Under the pieces are notes generated by a model. It saw only the letters and a list, made by a program, of their open reading frames with translations. It was not told the DNA's origin and ran no database searches. From the NCBI GenBank assembly GCA_000146045.2, contig BK006945.2:32001-96000 (forward strand): DNA of 64,000 nt, written 5' to 3'. Position numbers and translations under genes: made by a program. Source of the stretch: TPA_inf: Saccharomyces (Eukaryota). Shown in pieces: positions 36,257 through 48,100 of the stretch; within the stretch, counting starts at the first letter, position 1; each line of letters opens with the position of its first letter.

Positions 36257-36579
36257 TGTTCCCTAGTTGGCTTTCTTGGCTATGTTTTGGTCTTTAATAT
36301 TTCTTGGAAAGTTTGCATCTTTCTAAAATTGCCCTTACGAATTTTTCACCGCTGCTACCCGAAAAAGTACGAAATTTATCAACATGAAATTTATTCCTGC
36401 CAAGTCATCGAGTGCTCTGCGCCTAAGGCTTAGGTTGCATTTAAGTTGTCTTAATTCACGCTTATAGTGCAGGTAGTATAGGTTCCCCACTCCTGATCTT
36501 TCCCTTCTGAAATAAGGAAAGACTGCAGTTTAGTTTGGCAGAGAGAAGAAGATAATCATTTCTATTATATTCTACCGCT

Positions 36580-38478
36580 ATGGTGATAGATTCCAAACAG
36601 GATCTACCTCAATATACCAAAGATTCAGGTTCAGAATCGGACTCAGACTCAAGTAATAATTTCATTGTGGAATCTCCGTCAATTCCATCTTCAAAAAGTG
36701 CAACCGTAGTTCTCAATAGTGAAGAGTATGAGGACGACGAAGGTGATGACTTGAACGGGCTGGATGCTGAATTGATCGATAATATAACGTATGAAGGAGA
36801 TGAAGATGAAACTATGTTTGTGGGGTTGAAAGAAAAACAGAAGTTACATTTATCTGGTGTTTTCCGGCTGCAAGTGGTGAAAGGAGGTATTGTCTACAAC
36901 AATGTACACTATAACGCTTCGAGAGAAATTTTAACCTTCTGGCACCCGTTATCACAGTCCATACCTACTATAGATTTTTCGCACTTTGCAGGCTGGCAAG
37001 ACACTTTTTTTATGCCGAGAAACAACAGGTTTAAAATTAGAGATGAAGAATTCAAATCATTTCCATGTGTTCTTCGCGTTTTTAATTCTAATCATACGGG
37101 CTTGTTAGAAGCAGGTCATTTATATCGGGATGTTAATTATCTATGGAAACCTAAAGAACCTTACTTTCCATTAAACGAGAGAACAACGTATCATTTATTA
37201 CATGAGTCAGACCGAATTCAATCTTTATCCGTGCCGGGATATTGGTCAACTCCGTTAGAGAAGTTATATTTGAGTCACAAGAACGCTGCGTATGATACAA
37301 GAATCATGGTGATTGGTGGTAAAAACTCTGGGAAGTCTACATTCTTGAGGCTTTTATTGGAAAAATTTACGCAAGATATACGAGATTCTACTACGAGCCA
37401 GGAAGAATTGGTATACCTGGATTTAGATCCTGGTCAACCTGAATACTCACTACCTGATTCAATATCCCTGAATAAGATTCTTTCCAGCCCTATTTCTCTC
37501 GGACAACATCTCTGCCAAGGTTCAAATTTCCAAACTTTGTTACAGTTCTACGCTGGCTCCTCTTCCCCGCAGGACGAGCCCACATCATACCTGAACTGCG
37601 CTGATAAACTTATAGACCATTTGGAAGAGCAAGCCTTCTTCGGAACGTCATTGCTTAATCTACCTGGGTGGATAAAAGGATTCGGGATGCAGATTTTAAA
37701 TCATATAATAAGGAAATATAAGCCCACTCACTTATTGTTTTTGGAAACAGCTAATTCGAAAAGACACCTGGATGAACTAACAATTCCACAGAGTTTTTCC
37801 ACATCACTACGAGATGCATATGCACCTGAAGTTGTTCGCGTTCCAGCCCATAGTCTGAACCACACCTTATCTTCTAGGTTCCATGCATCACAACTGAGAA
37901 CATTCAAAATACTGGCACTGTTTCATAAAATAACTCAATTTGATTATGATTTTGCGCCTCTTTTAAAATCTGCACCTTTGCAAATTTCATATGGCAAAGG
38001 TAAAAGCGGTATTAAAGGCATTCAATTTCCTATGGAATTCCAGGATCTGAATCCTCAAGATATCAAGTCCGCATTGGAAGGTACTGTCATTGGGATATAT
38101 ACATATTCTGGAGAAGACTCACTAGAGGTGAAATCCTTGAATACCTTTCCCATCCTACAATCGTGTACTTCTTCTTCTAAAAATTTCATAACTCTGGGGC
38201 TGATACACTCTATTGACACCTCCCAGCAAATAATGAACATTTACGTGCCACCTTGCCATACCCAGATTTTAGATAAACAACCTGAGGATGCTCAATGGAT
38301 AATAGTAAGAAATAAGACGGAAACTCCTTTTTGTGACTTTCTTCCATCCCCCCGCACAATTACATGGGATGATAATATACAAATACCGTTCGCAACTTTT
38401 GAAAGAAGGAAAAAATTGGAACATGTGTGGAAAGTTCGTAAGAACGTCATGAGACGTGGCCAATTCATGAAAAGATAG
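36580..38478 (+). CDS. GRC3: Polynucleotide 5'-kinase GRC3 (Clp1/Grc3 family; rRNA processing and Pol I termination), 632 aa
   Basis: P-loop IMVIGGKNSGKSTFLRLL of the Clp1-type kinase fold. ATG start confirmed. Confidence 0.85.
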   Translation: MVIDSKQDLPQYTKDSGSESDSDSSNNFIVESPSIPSSKSATVVLNSEEYEDDEGDDLNGLDAELIDNITYEGDEDETMFVGLKEKQKLHLSGVFRLQVVKGGIVYNNVHYNASREILTFWHPLSQSIPTIDFSHFAGWQDTFFMPRNNRFKIRDEEFKSFPCVLRVFNSNHTGLLEAGHLYRDVNYLWKPKEPYFPLNERTTYHLLHESDRIQSLSVPGYWSTPLEKLYLSHKNAAYDTRIMVIGGKNSGKSTFLRLLLEKFTQDIRDSTTSQEELVYLDLDPGQPEYSLPDSISLNKILSSPISLGQHLCQGSNFQTLLQFYAGSSSPQDEPTSYLNCADKLIDHLEEQAFFGTSLLNLPGWIKGFGMQILNHIIRKYKPTHLLFLETANSKRHLDELTIPQSFSTSLRDAYAPEVVRVPAHSLNHTLSSRFHASQLRTFKILALFHKITQFDYDFAPLLKSAPLQISYGKGKSGIKGIQFPMEFQDLNPQDIKSALEGTVIGIYTYSGEDSLEVKSLNTFPILQSCTSSSKNFITLGLIHSIDTSQQIMNIYVPPCHTQILDKQPEDAQWIIVRNKTETPFCDFLPSPRTITWDDNIQIPFATFERRKKLEHVWKVRKNVMRRGQFMKR

Positions 38479-38632
38479 AAAGAAAAGGTAATCGTACATT
38501 TTTTAATAGTGAAAGATAGAGGATACACAAAAATCATGCAAAGTTTTATATATTTGTTATGTATACTCATATTCCTTCAATATCTAAGTCATACTAACTT
38601 CTAGGGACTTTACCAAAATATTATTTATAAAT

Positions 38633-41146
38633 TTATTGTTTCATTTCTTCCGCATCCTTCATCTCCTCCGTTAAACCCATTTTCTTATTTAATCTATCAT
38701 ATTTCAGTCTATCTTTATCGCTCACAGAGGGTTTAATCTTTCTTAATGCACTTCGGAAGTCAGACATGGTCACAATAATTTCTTCGCCAGATACGCCAAC
38801 CGATAGATCCTCAAATTCCTTGTCTAAGTCATTATCAAGAACAGATTGTATTTCTTCGCTCTGAAAAAACTTCCTTTTTAGAGCCAAGACTGAACTCTCC
38901 CTGACTAAAGCAGCCAAGTCAGCGCCTGAAAAATTGTTGCACTTCTCATTTCTGATAATTTCTTCAAAATCAACATCGCTACTCAGAGGTGTTCCGTGTG
39001 ATTTGGTCAAAGTTTTGATAATATCTAGTTTTTCCTCAGTATTAGGTAACTCAATAAACAAACTCTTATCCAATCTGCCCGGTCTTAACATAGCAGGATC
39101 AATCATATCAGGTCTATTAGTGGCGCCAATCACAAAAATTCCCCTTCTATCGTTCAGCCCATCTAATTCCGTTAACAAAGTGTTGACGACTCTTGAGGAG
39201 GATTCGGACAAAGAAGTATCTCTTCTTGGCACCAAAGCGTCCAGTTCATCAAAAAATATAACACACGGTACAGACGCCCTTGCTCTAGTAAAAACTTGTC
39301 TGATGGACCTTTCTGATTCACCAACGTATTTATTTAATAATTCAGGACCTTTGATTGATATGAAATTTGCACGAGATTCATTGGCAACAGCTTTTGCTAG
39401 TAACGTTTTACCACAACCTGGTGGTCCCCACAATAAAACACCACCAGGGGCGCTAATTCCCACTTTTTCATAAAGCTCTGGTCTCTTGATGGGTTGCACA
39501 ATAGCCATATTTAATTCAAGTCTAACTCTTTGCAATGCGCCTACATTAGCCCAAGTAACATCAGGTACCGTAGCGAACCCTTCTCTCTTTGCTGTTGGTT
39601 GAATTGTTGGCAACGCTTTCAAAAAATCTTCGTACTTAATCGATAATAATGATAACTGCTCTCCTGATAAAGGCTCAGGATAATTACGAATAAATTGTTG
39701 GACTACGGATAAAGGCAACGGATCGATCATATTCGCAGTGTTCTTCAGGCTAGATTCATCTCCGTTTGCTGTTTCATCAATTTCCATGTTATCTTCTGAA
39801 CTGTCCGTTGCCGTAGTTGGTGTGGATTTTATATTAGCATAGGTTTGGAAAATTCTTTTAATAGCGCATGTACCGGCAGCAGTAACTAAAGCCTTTAAAT
39901 CAGCGCCAACAAAGCCTGGGGTTAATTTTGCCAATTTGGCAAAATCGATAGCACCATCAATTTTTAGGTTATCAGACATTTTCTTTAAAATATGTAACCT
40001 TGAGACTTCATTCGGGACATTCAGGCATATTTCTCTATCGAATCTACCTGCTCTTCTCAATGCTGCATCCAAAGAGTCAGGTCTATTCGTGGCACCTATG
40101 ATAATAACAGGTTTTCCATTTGTCTTTTCCATCGTTAATTCATCCATTGAGGTCAATAATTGGGCAACTATTCTTCTCTCCATTTCTCTTTGGGCTCCTC
40201 CATCACGTTTTGGTGTAATGGCATCTATTTCATCAAAGAAAACAAGACATGGTGCCAAGCTTCTCGCTTCATCAAACAAATCCCTAATCTTTTTCTCGCT
40301 TTCCCCAGACATACCACTTACGACTGAAGGTGCAGAAATAGATATAAATGGGACTTGTAATTCTCCAGCTAACGCATTAGCAATCGACGTCTTACCGCAA
40401 CCCGGTGGGCCATGCAACAGAACACCTCTAGGTGGTTCGACACCCGTGGATAAAAATATCTCTGGATGAAGAATGGGTAGACCTATTAGTTCCATAAGTT
40501 GTGCAACGACATCATCCATACCACCTAAGGATTTCAGAGACGAATTAGGTGGAGATCTATCTTCCTTGATTTTTTGACGTTTTACCTTACATGTACCTTC
40601 TTTGGATCTTTTTTTAGATTTTTTAACCTCTTCTGTCTTAGGATCATCAGTTTCTGTTATAGACTCGGAAACAGATCCAGATTTGGACCACGTGCTAGTT
40701 ATGCGTTTGTTCATCTCATTTGTGTCTCGCTCAATCATCATATTTTTCTTAGCTAGTTCTTCTTCCAAGCTTGGTTTCTCTTCCTCTTCGTTGTTGTAAC
40801 CTGGGTAAGAACCAAATTCTTCCAATTCTGATTCAATCACGTCTTTTAGCATGCGGTCAATTGTCTTTTGTAAGACAACTTTCTTAACTCTTTGAAGTGA
40901 TAAATCTTTAGTCAAACAAAAGGTAAAAATCTCACCTGCTGTTAAATCTTTAGCGAAAAACATGGATTCAAATATATCCTCATCTTCTTCACCCTCGTTG
41001 TTCTCGCCCTCTTCTCCTTGGGATTCTTGTCTCAGAGACCTTTTTCTGTCCAAAGTTTTTTCTTCCAAGAGACGATAGATAAGATCGACGATCTTGTTAT
41101 CTAGAGAACTTGTTAATGAGTTCTTTTTCGACTTTACTTTAACCAT
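38633..41146 (-). CDS. RIX7: Type II AAA+ ATPase RIX7 (60S ribosome biogenesis; NVL/Cdc48-like), 837 aa
   Basis: Two AAA cassettes with Walker A motifs GPPGCGKTS and GPPGCGKTL, plus second-region-of-homology motifs. The N-terminus is acidic and lysine-rich. Confidence 0.9.
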   Translation of the reverse strand: MVKVKSKKNSLTSSLDNKIVDLIYRLLEEKTLDRKRSLRQESQGEEGENNEGEEDEDIFESMFFAKDLTAGEIFTFCLTKDLSLQRVKKVVLQKTIDRMLKDVIESELEEFGSYPGYNNEEEEKPSLEEELAKKNMMIERDTNEMNKRITSTWSKSGSVSESITETDDPKTEEVKKSKKRSKEGTCKVKRQKIKEDRSPPNSSLKSLGGMDDVVAQLMELIGLPILHPEIFLSTGVEPPRGVLLHGPPGCGKTSIANALAGELQVPFISISAPSVVSGMSGESEKKIRDLFDEARSLAPCLVFFDEIDAITPKRDGGAQREMERRIVAQLLTSMDELTMEKTNGKPVIIIGATNRPDSLDAALRRAGRFDREICLNVPNEVSRLHILKKMSDNLKIDGAIDFAKLAKLTPGFVGADLKALVTAAGTCAIKRIFQTYANIKSTPTTATDSSEDNMEIDETANGDESSLKNTANMIDPLPLSVVQQFIRNYPEPLSGEQLSLLSIKYEDFLKALPTIQPTAKREGFATVPDVTWANVGALQRVRLELNMAIVQPIKRPELYEKVGISAPGGVLLWGPPGCGKTLLAKAVANESRANFISIKGPELLNKYVGESERSIRQVFTRARASVPCVIFFDELDALVPRRDTSLSESSSRVVNTLLTELDGLNDRRGIFVIGATNRPDMIDPAMLRPGRLDKSLFIELPNTEEKLDIIKTLTKSHGTPLSSDVDFEEIIRNEKCNNFSGADLAALVRESSVLALKRKFFQSEEIQSVLDNDLDKEFEDLSVGVSGEEIIVTMSDFRSALRKIKPSVSDKDRLKYDRLNKKMGLTEEMKDAEEMKQ

Positions 41147-41261
41147 TATTCCAGCCTTCCCACCACGTAGCTATTATCGGCCCTAATGATCTTTTATTCT
41201 AACTGACTCGCAGATTAATTCACACATCGGTTGTTAATCATTGTTTGAATTTCCAAAATAT

Positions 41262-41271
41262 GCGATGAGCT
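41262..41271. promoter_or_regulatory. PAC motif (GCGATGAGCT) in the RIX7 promoter
   Basis: Perfect 10/10 match, read directly, about 120 bp upstream of the RIX7 ATG. Confidence 0.75.
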
Positions 41272-41274
41272 GAA

Positions 41275-41285
41275 TGAAAAATTTT
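41275..41285. promoter_or_regulatory. RRPE motif (TGAAAAATTTT) 3 bp from the PAC motif in the RIX7 promoter
   Basis: Perfect 11/11 match, read directly. The PAC+RRPE pair is the canonical ribosome-biogenesis regulon module. Confidence 0.75.
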
Positions 41286-41408
41286 GGAACCTGTCACTAT
41301 CGACGAACATCGAAGTTTGCCATGACAACCATATATGAAGAAAGCTTATGAGACTAGCTCGAGTATATCATACGTATGCATGTTAATCGCAGTTAAGCGG
41401 ATAACACA

Positions 41409-42101
41409 ATGCGTAAGCCTTCTATTACGATAACAACAGCAAAAGCTATTATAACTCCAGACTATACTCTTATTAAATCGCATTCTAAATACCAACTTCC
41501 TTCACGTTTTCAAAAGCTAGATGCAGACTCACCTGAGAGAAGTACAGTTGTTAAGCTATTTTACCGCCGATTTATGAGGCTTAAGCCTTTCATATCGAAT
41601 GTGAAAATGGTTAAAGATACTTACAGGGATTATGTTCGATATAAGTTTATGAAAGAAAACTACGAACTCAAACGATACTTGGTATTCAATCCTGATGGCT
41701 TGAGGTCGAAAATCAATCTTGAGCTTCTCAGCAACACGAAATGTTGTGAAAGGATACTCCCCGTGACTGAGATGCAAAGAACCTTGGAATTTGTTCTGAA
41801 GAGCTGTTCATACTTGCCCGAAACAAAAGTTCAAAAGTGGGATATTGCAAGGGACAACACATATTGCAGGCAAATTTTAAAGAACCTTTTAACAATGCAA
41901 TATGAAAAGTACAGATCGATTTTGCATAGAGGAATAGGCCATGATGAGCTTGACGTCAAATTCTCTCATTTGAAAACTACTTCTAGTCCGCTAACTAAGC
42001 TAAATAAAACCGAAAAGAAAAAGATTCCGCTTTTCAAAGTATTTAGTGATTTCGATACAACATTGATATATCTCAATGAGACATTAGGTACAAGGTTATA
42101 A
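41409..42101 (+). CDS. IRC19: Small protein of unclear function, IRC19/YLL033W, 230 aa
   Basis: ATG-initiated 230-aa ORF in the syntenic position between RIX7 and YLL032C. I recognise no domain. Confidence 0.7.
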   Translation: MRKPSITITTAKAIITPDYTLIKSHSKYQLPSRFQKLDADSPERSTVVKLFYRRFMRLKPFISNVKMVKDTYRDYVRYKFMKENYELKRYLVFNPDGLRSKINLELLSNTKCCERILPVTEMQRTLEFVLKSCSYLPETKVQKWDIARDNTYCRQILKNLLTMQYEKYRSILHRGIGHDELDVKFSHLKTTSSPLTKLNKTEKKKIPLFKVFSDFDTTLIYLNETLGTRL

Positions 42102-42269
42102 AGATCATTATCGTAAAAGAGGAGCGGAGCGGAGCTTTTTAGTATGTATGGTAAAATATCAATCAAATACTGTAATAGATGCGGATATGCGCAATGACAT
42201 ATTTTGTGGTGTGCATATCCATTGAAAAGGTGCGTAGAACGTTACAATACTACTGAACTTTTTTCCTTC

Positions 42270-44747
42270 TCATTTTCTGCCATTTTGATATTTATGCCTA
42301 TTATTGGTTTGAGCTTTATTAGAGTTGGCATAATTATAATCGTACTCGTATGTATATCCGTATCCATACCCATATCCGTTGTAATAAGTGTTTGGTATAT
42401 ATCCTTTGATGGCTTGGGCTCCTCCTACCGTCGTTATAACAGGCATTTTGTGGCGTTGTGGTGAGGCTCCTGATTGGCTGGTATTATCGATGGTCGTACG
42501 ACTTTTGGCATTATTCATTGATCTGAAATTGCCATTGGTATTGCTATTACTGGTGTTACTCTTGCTGGAGGCAGACCCTAGAACAAATTTTTTAATTATT
42601 TTTTTAAATATTATTTTCGTCTTTTGTGTTTCCAAATAATTGGATAGTAATTCGATTGCTTTTGTTAGAGTATTCTCATTAGTATCCTTTTCAAAAGTAA
42701 AAGTGATAAGGTCCTTCTCAAAAGTTACAATTATGTTCATAATTTGCAAAAATGGAACAACAATTAGGTTATAAAATTCGTATTCTTTATTGGGATCTAT
42801 CTCTTGATCTATTTTGAACTCGTATTCATAACCAAACGCACTATTAACCAATTCGTTAGCGGCTCTTGATGCATTCTCATCATTTCCTTGTATACTCAAT
42901 TGAGATGTTCCATCCAAGGGCTCTTTTAACGGTATCATTATGTAAACATTTTCGTTCTTTTCGATTTGTCCTATAATATTCTTTTGGCCGTTAACATGCA
43001 AAATATGTCTATATTGCCCACTAGAAAATCTAATGAGCGTCTTCGATTGTAAACTATCATATTCTTGAACAATTTGTTTTAAATCATTCTTGGCTAGGCA
43101 TATATTAGCTTTGTTTTTCCTGGGGCACCTAATTATCACATTATCATACCTGATCATAGAAATTTTATTTTGTGGAAGATTGAAACTATTGGAAAACTGA
43201 ATGAAGACGTTATGCTTTCTCATTGTGGCTTGAATTAAGGAACCACCTGTACCTATAATCGGTCTGTGACAAACTTCAGGAATGAAGAAAGATTCTTCGG
43301 CAGGAAATTCATTTATAACATTCTTAAATGATTCCTTGAAATCAGGGAAAGAGTCACTAACCAAATTTAAATAAAGGTTATCATCTTCCTCTTCCATTTC
43401 CAGTTGAATTAAGCAAGCAGATAGTTCCATTATACGTGTTAATTTACCATTTTTCTTGCCTGATATGAAGTCTTCAAAATCAGGATGTATCTCGAAAATG
43501 GCTTTTATCTGTCTTAAGTTTGGATTAATCACTTGATTTGAGCCCATAATAAAATCAGATAAGTAATGCAATATGGAAGTATCGGACGCCTCATCTGTGG
43601 AAGATTGGTTACCAACTACTATTAATTGGTTGAAGGAATCCTCTTTGGGAGTTATTACTACAATTTGGTTTCCAGTGTGTCCGAAAAAGCTGTCGATTAT
43701 TAATTCCGGGGACATTGCGCAGTTTTCATTGAGTGAAATCTGTACTTCTACAATTTCATGTAATACTTGAATAGTGAAGTTCTTAATAACCATTTCTAAT
43801 AAGTTCGTGGAAATCGATTGAAATTCAATGTATTCGTTAGTAACTCTAATAAGCGATTGGTATTTCAAAATTAACTGGTTTACCTTTTGTTGGTAGTATT
43901 TTCGGATAAACAGTAGTTTTCCTGGGGTAATATTAGTCAATCGACGATAAAAAAAACTCTTTGAATTCACGCTTATGGACTCACGTAGAGTTTTCCTAGC
44001 CAGTAAACTTAGTGAATGGACAGCGCCTGAGAAGAAGATTTGTGGATTTGCCTTAAGATCCCTAGACAGCGTAATGAGGGAAGGTGCGTAAATGCTGGTT
44101 TTAAAAGCTCTGGATATATGTTTGAAGTTTTCCATATCTACACCCATATATAAGGGAAGCACAGAGTATGAGTTCAGTTCCATAGGTTCGATAATGTAGT
44201 GTTGTGGAGGCAAAGTCATACCATTCTTCTTTATTAAATCGACAAATGCCAATAACTGGGGTTCGCATTCCATTAAATTAGATCGGAATCCTAATGCATG
44301 CACGTAAATACATAATTCCTTGCTCTCGCCTGTCTGTTCTGGTGTGAAGTAAGCTGGTTCTTTGGTGATGATTAGTTCTAAATTGAATTTTTCACTCAAG
44401 TCCAATAGTATACGTTTCATTTTTTCCAATTCTGCTGTTAGATCATTTGTGTTCATAGGTAAGGGCAAAGAAATCCTGCAAATAGCATCGAGGTCCATAT
44501 CATCTGTGGTAGCTTTTATTGAGATCATGTCATCTCTAATGAAAGAAGCATTTAGATTGACCCATGAGGGATCTATATGACAGATTGCTTTTGTGTTTTT
44601 AAGTTCTTTGGAGCTTATTCTTTTTTGAAGAAATTCAACTAAAAAAGGTGCTTCTATGGGCTTCCATAATCTATTTGTCGTGTATAAGTGTGGAACTTGT
44701 AAAAAAGCAGTTGTGATAACTGTACTGTAAATTTTGAAGTTATCCAT
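42270..44747 (-). CDS. YLL032C: Uncharacterised KH-domain protein YLL032C, 825 aa
   Basis: ATG start confirmed. There are several KH-like GXXG cores (e.g. HRPIIGTGGSLIQ, GQKNIIGQIEK). The C-terminal tail is low-complexity and N/Y/G-rich (…NGYGYGYGYTYEYDYNYANS…). Confidence 0.8.
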   Translation of the reverse strand: MDNFKIYSTVITTAFLQVPHLYTTNRLWKPIEAPFLVEFLQKRISSKELKNTKAICHIDPSWVNLNASFIRDDMISIKATTDDMDLDAICRISLPLPMNTNDLTAELEKMKRILLDLSEKFNLELIITKEPAYFTPEQTGESKELCIYVHALGFRSNLMECEPQLLAFVDLIKKNGMTLPPQHYIIEPMELNSYSVLPLYMGVDMENFKHISRAFKTSIYAPSLITLSRDLKANPQIFFSGAVHSLSLLARKTLRESISVNSKSFFYRRLTNITPGKLLFIRKYYQQKVNQLILKYQSLIRVTNEYIEFQSISTNLLEMVIKNFTIQVLHEIVEVQISLNENCAMSPELIIDSFFGHTGNQIVVITPKEDSFNQLIVVGNQSSTDEASDTSILHYLSDFIMGSNQVINPNLRQIKAIFEIHPDFEDFISGKKNGKLTRIMELSACLIQLEMEEEDDNLYLNLVSDSFPDFKESFKNVINEFPAEESFFIPEVCHRPIIGTGGSLIQATMRKHNVFIQFSNSFNLPQNKISMIRYDNVIIRCPRKNKANICLAKNDLKQIVQEYDSLQSKTLIRFSSGQYRHILHVNGQKNIIGQIEKNENVYIMIPLKEPLDGTSQLSIQGNDENASRAANELVNSAFGYEYEFKIDQEIDPNKEYEFYNLIVVPFLQIMNIIVTFEKDLITFTFEKDTNENTLTKAIELLSNYLETQKTKIIFKKIIKKFVLGSASSKSNTSNSNTNGNFRSMNNAKSRTTIDNTSQSGASPQRHKMPVITTVGGAQAIKGYIPNTYYNGYGYGYGYTYEYDYNYANSNKAQTNNRHKYQNGRK

Positions 44748-45151
44748 GCCTCAACCGTGTGTTTACTGCTGTTTTTCTTTTTAAACAATTGTGTAGACTT
44801 AACCTCTGCGGGCTTGAATAGTGCTTCAAAAGGTTCAGGTAGTCAAGAGGTTAGCTATATAAACAAAGATGACTTTTCATCCTTTATTTCTTTTATTTTG
44901 TTTTTGTTTTTTGCCTTTGTGGAAAAAAAACAATCTACAAGCGAAAAGAAAAATTTTGGAGAAAAATATAATTTAGGATTACAAGAAAGTGATAGAAAAA
45001 TGTACAATCTTAAAAGAATAAAGCTGCAGAAAAGAGATGCTTTTGCTTTCAAATTTTTGCAATATCAAGAGATATGATTTACTTGTATCTAAATTACATG
45101 TAGATATATATATATAGTATATTTGTAAGTAAAGAGTGGAAATGAAGTTCG

Positions 45152-48100
45152 TCATTTCCAAAAAATGTCATTTATGTGCTTAATCAATCTCCCACTAGCA
45201 AATGCAATTGTACCAAAAGTAACGACCAGTTGAGTGACTATTAAACTTAAAGAAGCAAAGATAAACCTTGGGCAGAAGATTTTCCAAACCATCAAGTGTC
45301 TACGGAAGTGAGTAACCCAAATAAAGGAGCTTAGACATAAAATAGTATTGTAAGTGAGTAATATACCGCAGTTTGACACAATTCTTCCTAAAAGTGTTTG
45401 TGGCTTCAACACATCAGGAGGCTGTGACCACAGTGTCAGTAACGCTACAGATAAGGAGACGAGAATATGAGGCCCAAATGTATTTAGGATGATGGCTATC
45501 TGAGTGAAGGGGAACGTTACCTTTTCAGACAGCATAAATCCGATATCCCATTGCACTGATGGAATTGTGGCTTGATGACCGGTGGTGAAAAAATGTTGGT
45601 AAGATAAGAGTCCCAACGCAATTGGACCAATTATGTTTTCCTTTAATTTTAAAAGATCGATAATTTCTAAAATTGATAGTAGTTGGTTGCACATGAGGAA
45701 GTATGACAACTGGGCCAGGGGTTTGTTGAATAGTAGGATACTAATGAGAACGTTTATGACCAAAAGAAAAAACTCTGAGCCGTAAATATTAGTATAACCT
45801 AAAATTGTTGCTTCGTGAGACTTAACATCAGTATTATGAATGTTTAATTTAATACAAAGTGGTCCCATTAGCCAGCCGACATTAGAAGCAATCAATGAAA
45901 AACCGGCAATAATTCTAGCCAACGTAAATTTAAAAATAGTGACGTCCCGTAAGAACGGTATTGCTATTACCGCACTGTTATTTTCTAATGAAGTCAATGA
46001 CCAATAAACAAAGTTCAAACCAAGGATACCCTTTAGGAAAACGTTTATCCAAATTGGAGCTGCAGCTTGATAAGACGATGTTAGATTATAATAACCGGTG
46101 ATGCATGCAGGTAATATGAATATCATTAGGAAACAGAGACCCAAAACCCACCACGAGGAATTGTTTTGATTATTAAATGTTGGAATACAATATTCGCCTT
46201 GTTCCTCTCTACAAATGGTAATCATAGAAGCTAACCGGGTAAAAATGATTAAAACTGCAGAATGGTAACCTCCTAGTAATCTTGCAAATCTTGTTAATGG
46301 TAAGTAATTTGAATTTGCTGTCGAAGGATTGACCCCTGAAGTGGTTCCTTCCTTTTCACTGATTGTTGCAGTTAATAATGCAGTGGTGGATTGCCTTTTT
46401 GGTAAGAAGACAAATTCATACAACGTCAACATGCCGAAAGTAGATAAAAGGAATGCTACAATTCTATCCTCCCAAATAGTAAATGAATTGGAAGTGAAAA
46501 GCAAAGCATGAATAATCATAAACATGACAGCAATTCTTGACCAATAATCAGCTAATGTTTCACCCAGTCTCATAGCAATCCAAATAAAGTTGTACCTATC
46601 AAATATTGTGATATAACAACCAATAATGATACCAATTGCAGTCGCTAACAGGGTACCCCAGAATTGGTCTACAAAACTTGGTTGTTGATAAACGTAAAAA
46701 ATTCCATGGAAACATAGGTTTGTAACTAAGACCATTATGATAATTCCCGGAACGAATTCTGGAACCATTTGATTCACAACAATAGAAGGAATTAATTTTG
46801 TAATGGATATCAACAGGACCAGTGAAGTGGCCAGTAGCGTTATACCGGTGGCAATGGAATAATAATCGAATTTGGCCCATAGTTCTTCGCAGGTCTGCAA
46901 GAAGACCTTTTGGTATTTATGACCCAGCTTAACAAATTTTTCTGGATCGCTTGTTGGGGGGGTGTTAGATATATTTTTCGCTAACGGTTCCAATATTTCG
47001 TCATTGCCATGGTGGATCTGCATCGTGTCCTTATATAATTGTAATTGGCTTATCGCTGAGTTGACAAATTGAGACCATTCTCTATCGTTTCTTGCTATTT
47101 CGTCAATAGGCCATCCAAGATTGTTAAATGGTATCGGTTGGCCCATCAATAACGCCAAACTAGACACCAAATCAATTTGTCTCACTGAACGGTAATCGTG
47201 TCCCAAATTATCAATGTTGTAATTCGAAGTTTCTTTAAGTCTCCACATGTCCGGCTTCTTAGAATAAAGAAATAAAGTGCTTTCGAGCTCGTCGATGGAG
47301 TCGCCACCGTGATTGCCCGTATGGTCCATTCCATGGTCACCCAAAATAACCAATAAGGTATCATCATCGATCGATTTTAGTATCCAATCGATAAATTGAT
47401 CTACTTGAATTTGTTTTTCCCTCATAGTAAAATGGTCGGGGCCATATTTGTGGCCCACATGGTCAATACCTAGCATGTGTCCAATCATGACGTCCCATTC
47501 CTTGTCCTGCTGTAAATGATCATGGAAGTAATCCATAACACCGTTATCGACAGTATCTAAGTCCCACACATTGAGTGATTCTAGTGGGAAACTATCGTTG
47601 GAAAGGAACGGATGGAACAGAGCCATCCATGTATCATCTCCGGCAAATTTGACAGTCTTATTTGCCAAATGGAGCTGTTTAAGAAAGTTATCCTCTTCGA
47701 TTACTGTTCCATCGAAGTTAGACCCGGCATCAATGAAAGTCGGTAAGGACCCTGTTGTGAGACCCTTGAGTCTTTGTAAAGTAGTGGTTGGTGGGTCGGC
47801 AATGAACTTCAACAATAGGGAAGATGCATCCTTATCGCTTGCAAAAGAATCATACAATGATAATATATTATTATGATAGTTCAAGTTGTAATTAGAGTGG
47901 GATTCGTTTACAGGAATAGCGAAATCAAATCTCAAAGCGTCAATAACCAAAATCACCGCCTTGTTGAACCTAGGAGGTAACTTACTCGTTTCGTTTTGTG
48001 AGGAAATATTATCAAGAACGTGTCTTGACAGTAAGAATCCCCGAGTGAAAAAAGCTATTGATATGAATTGTAAAATGGCGATGAAAACCAATAGAATAAT

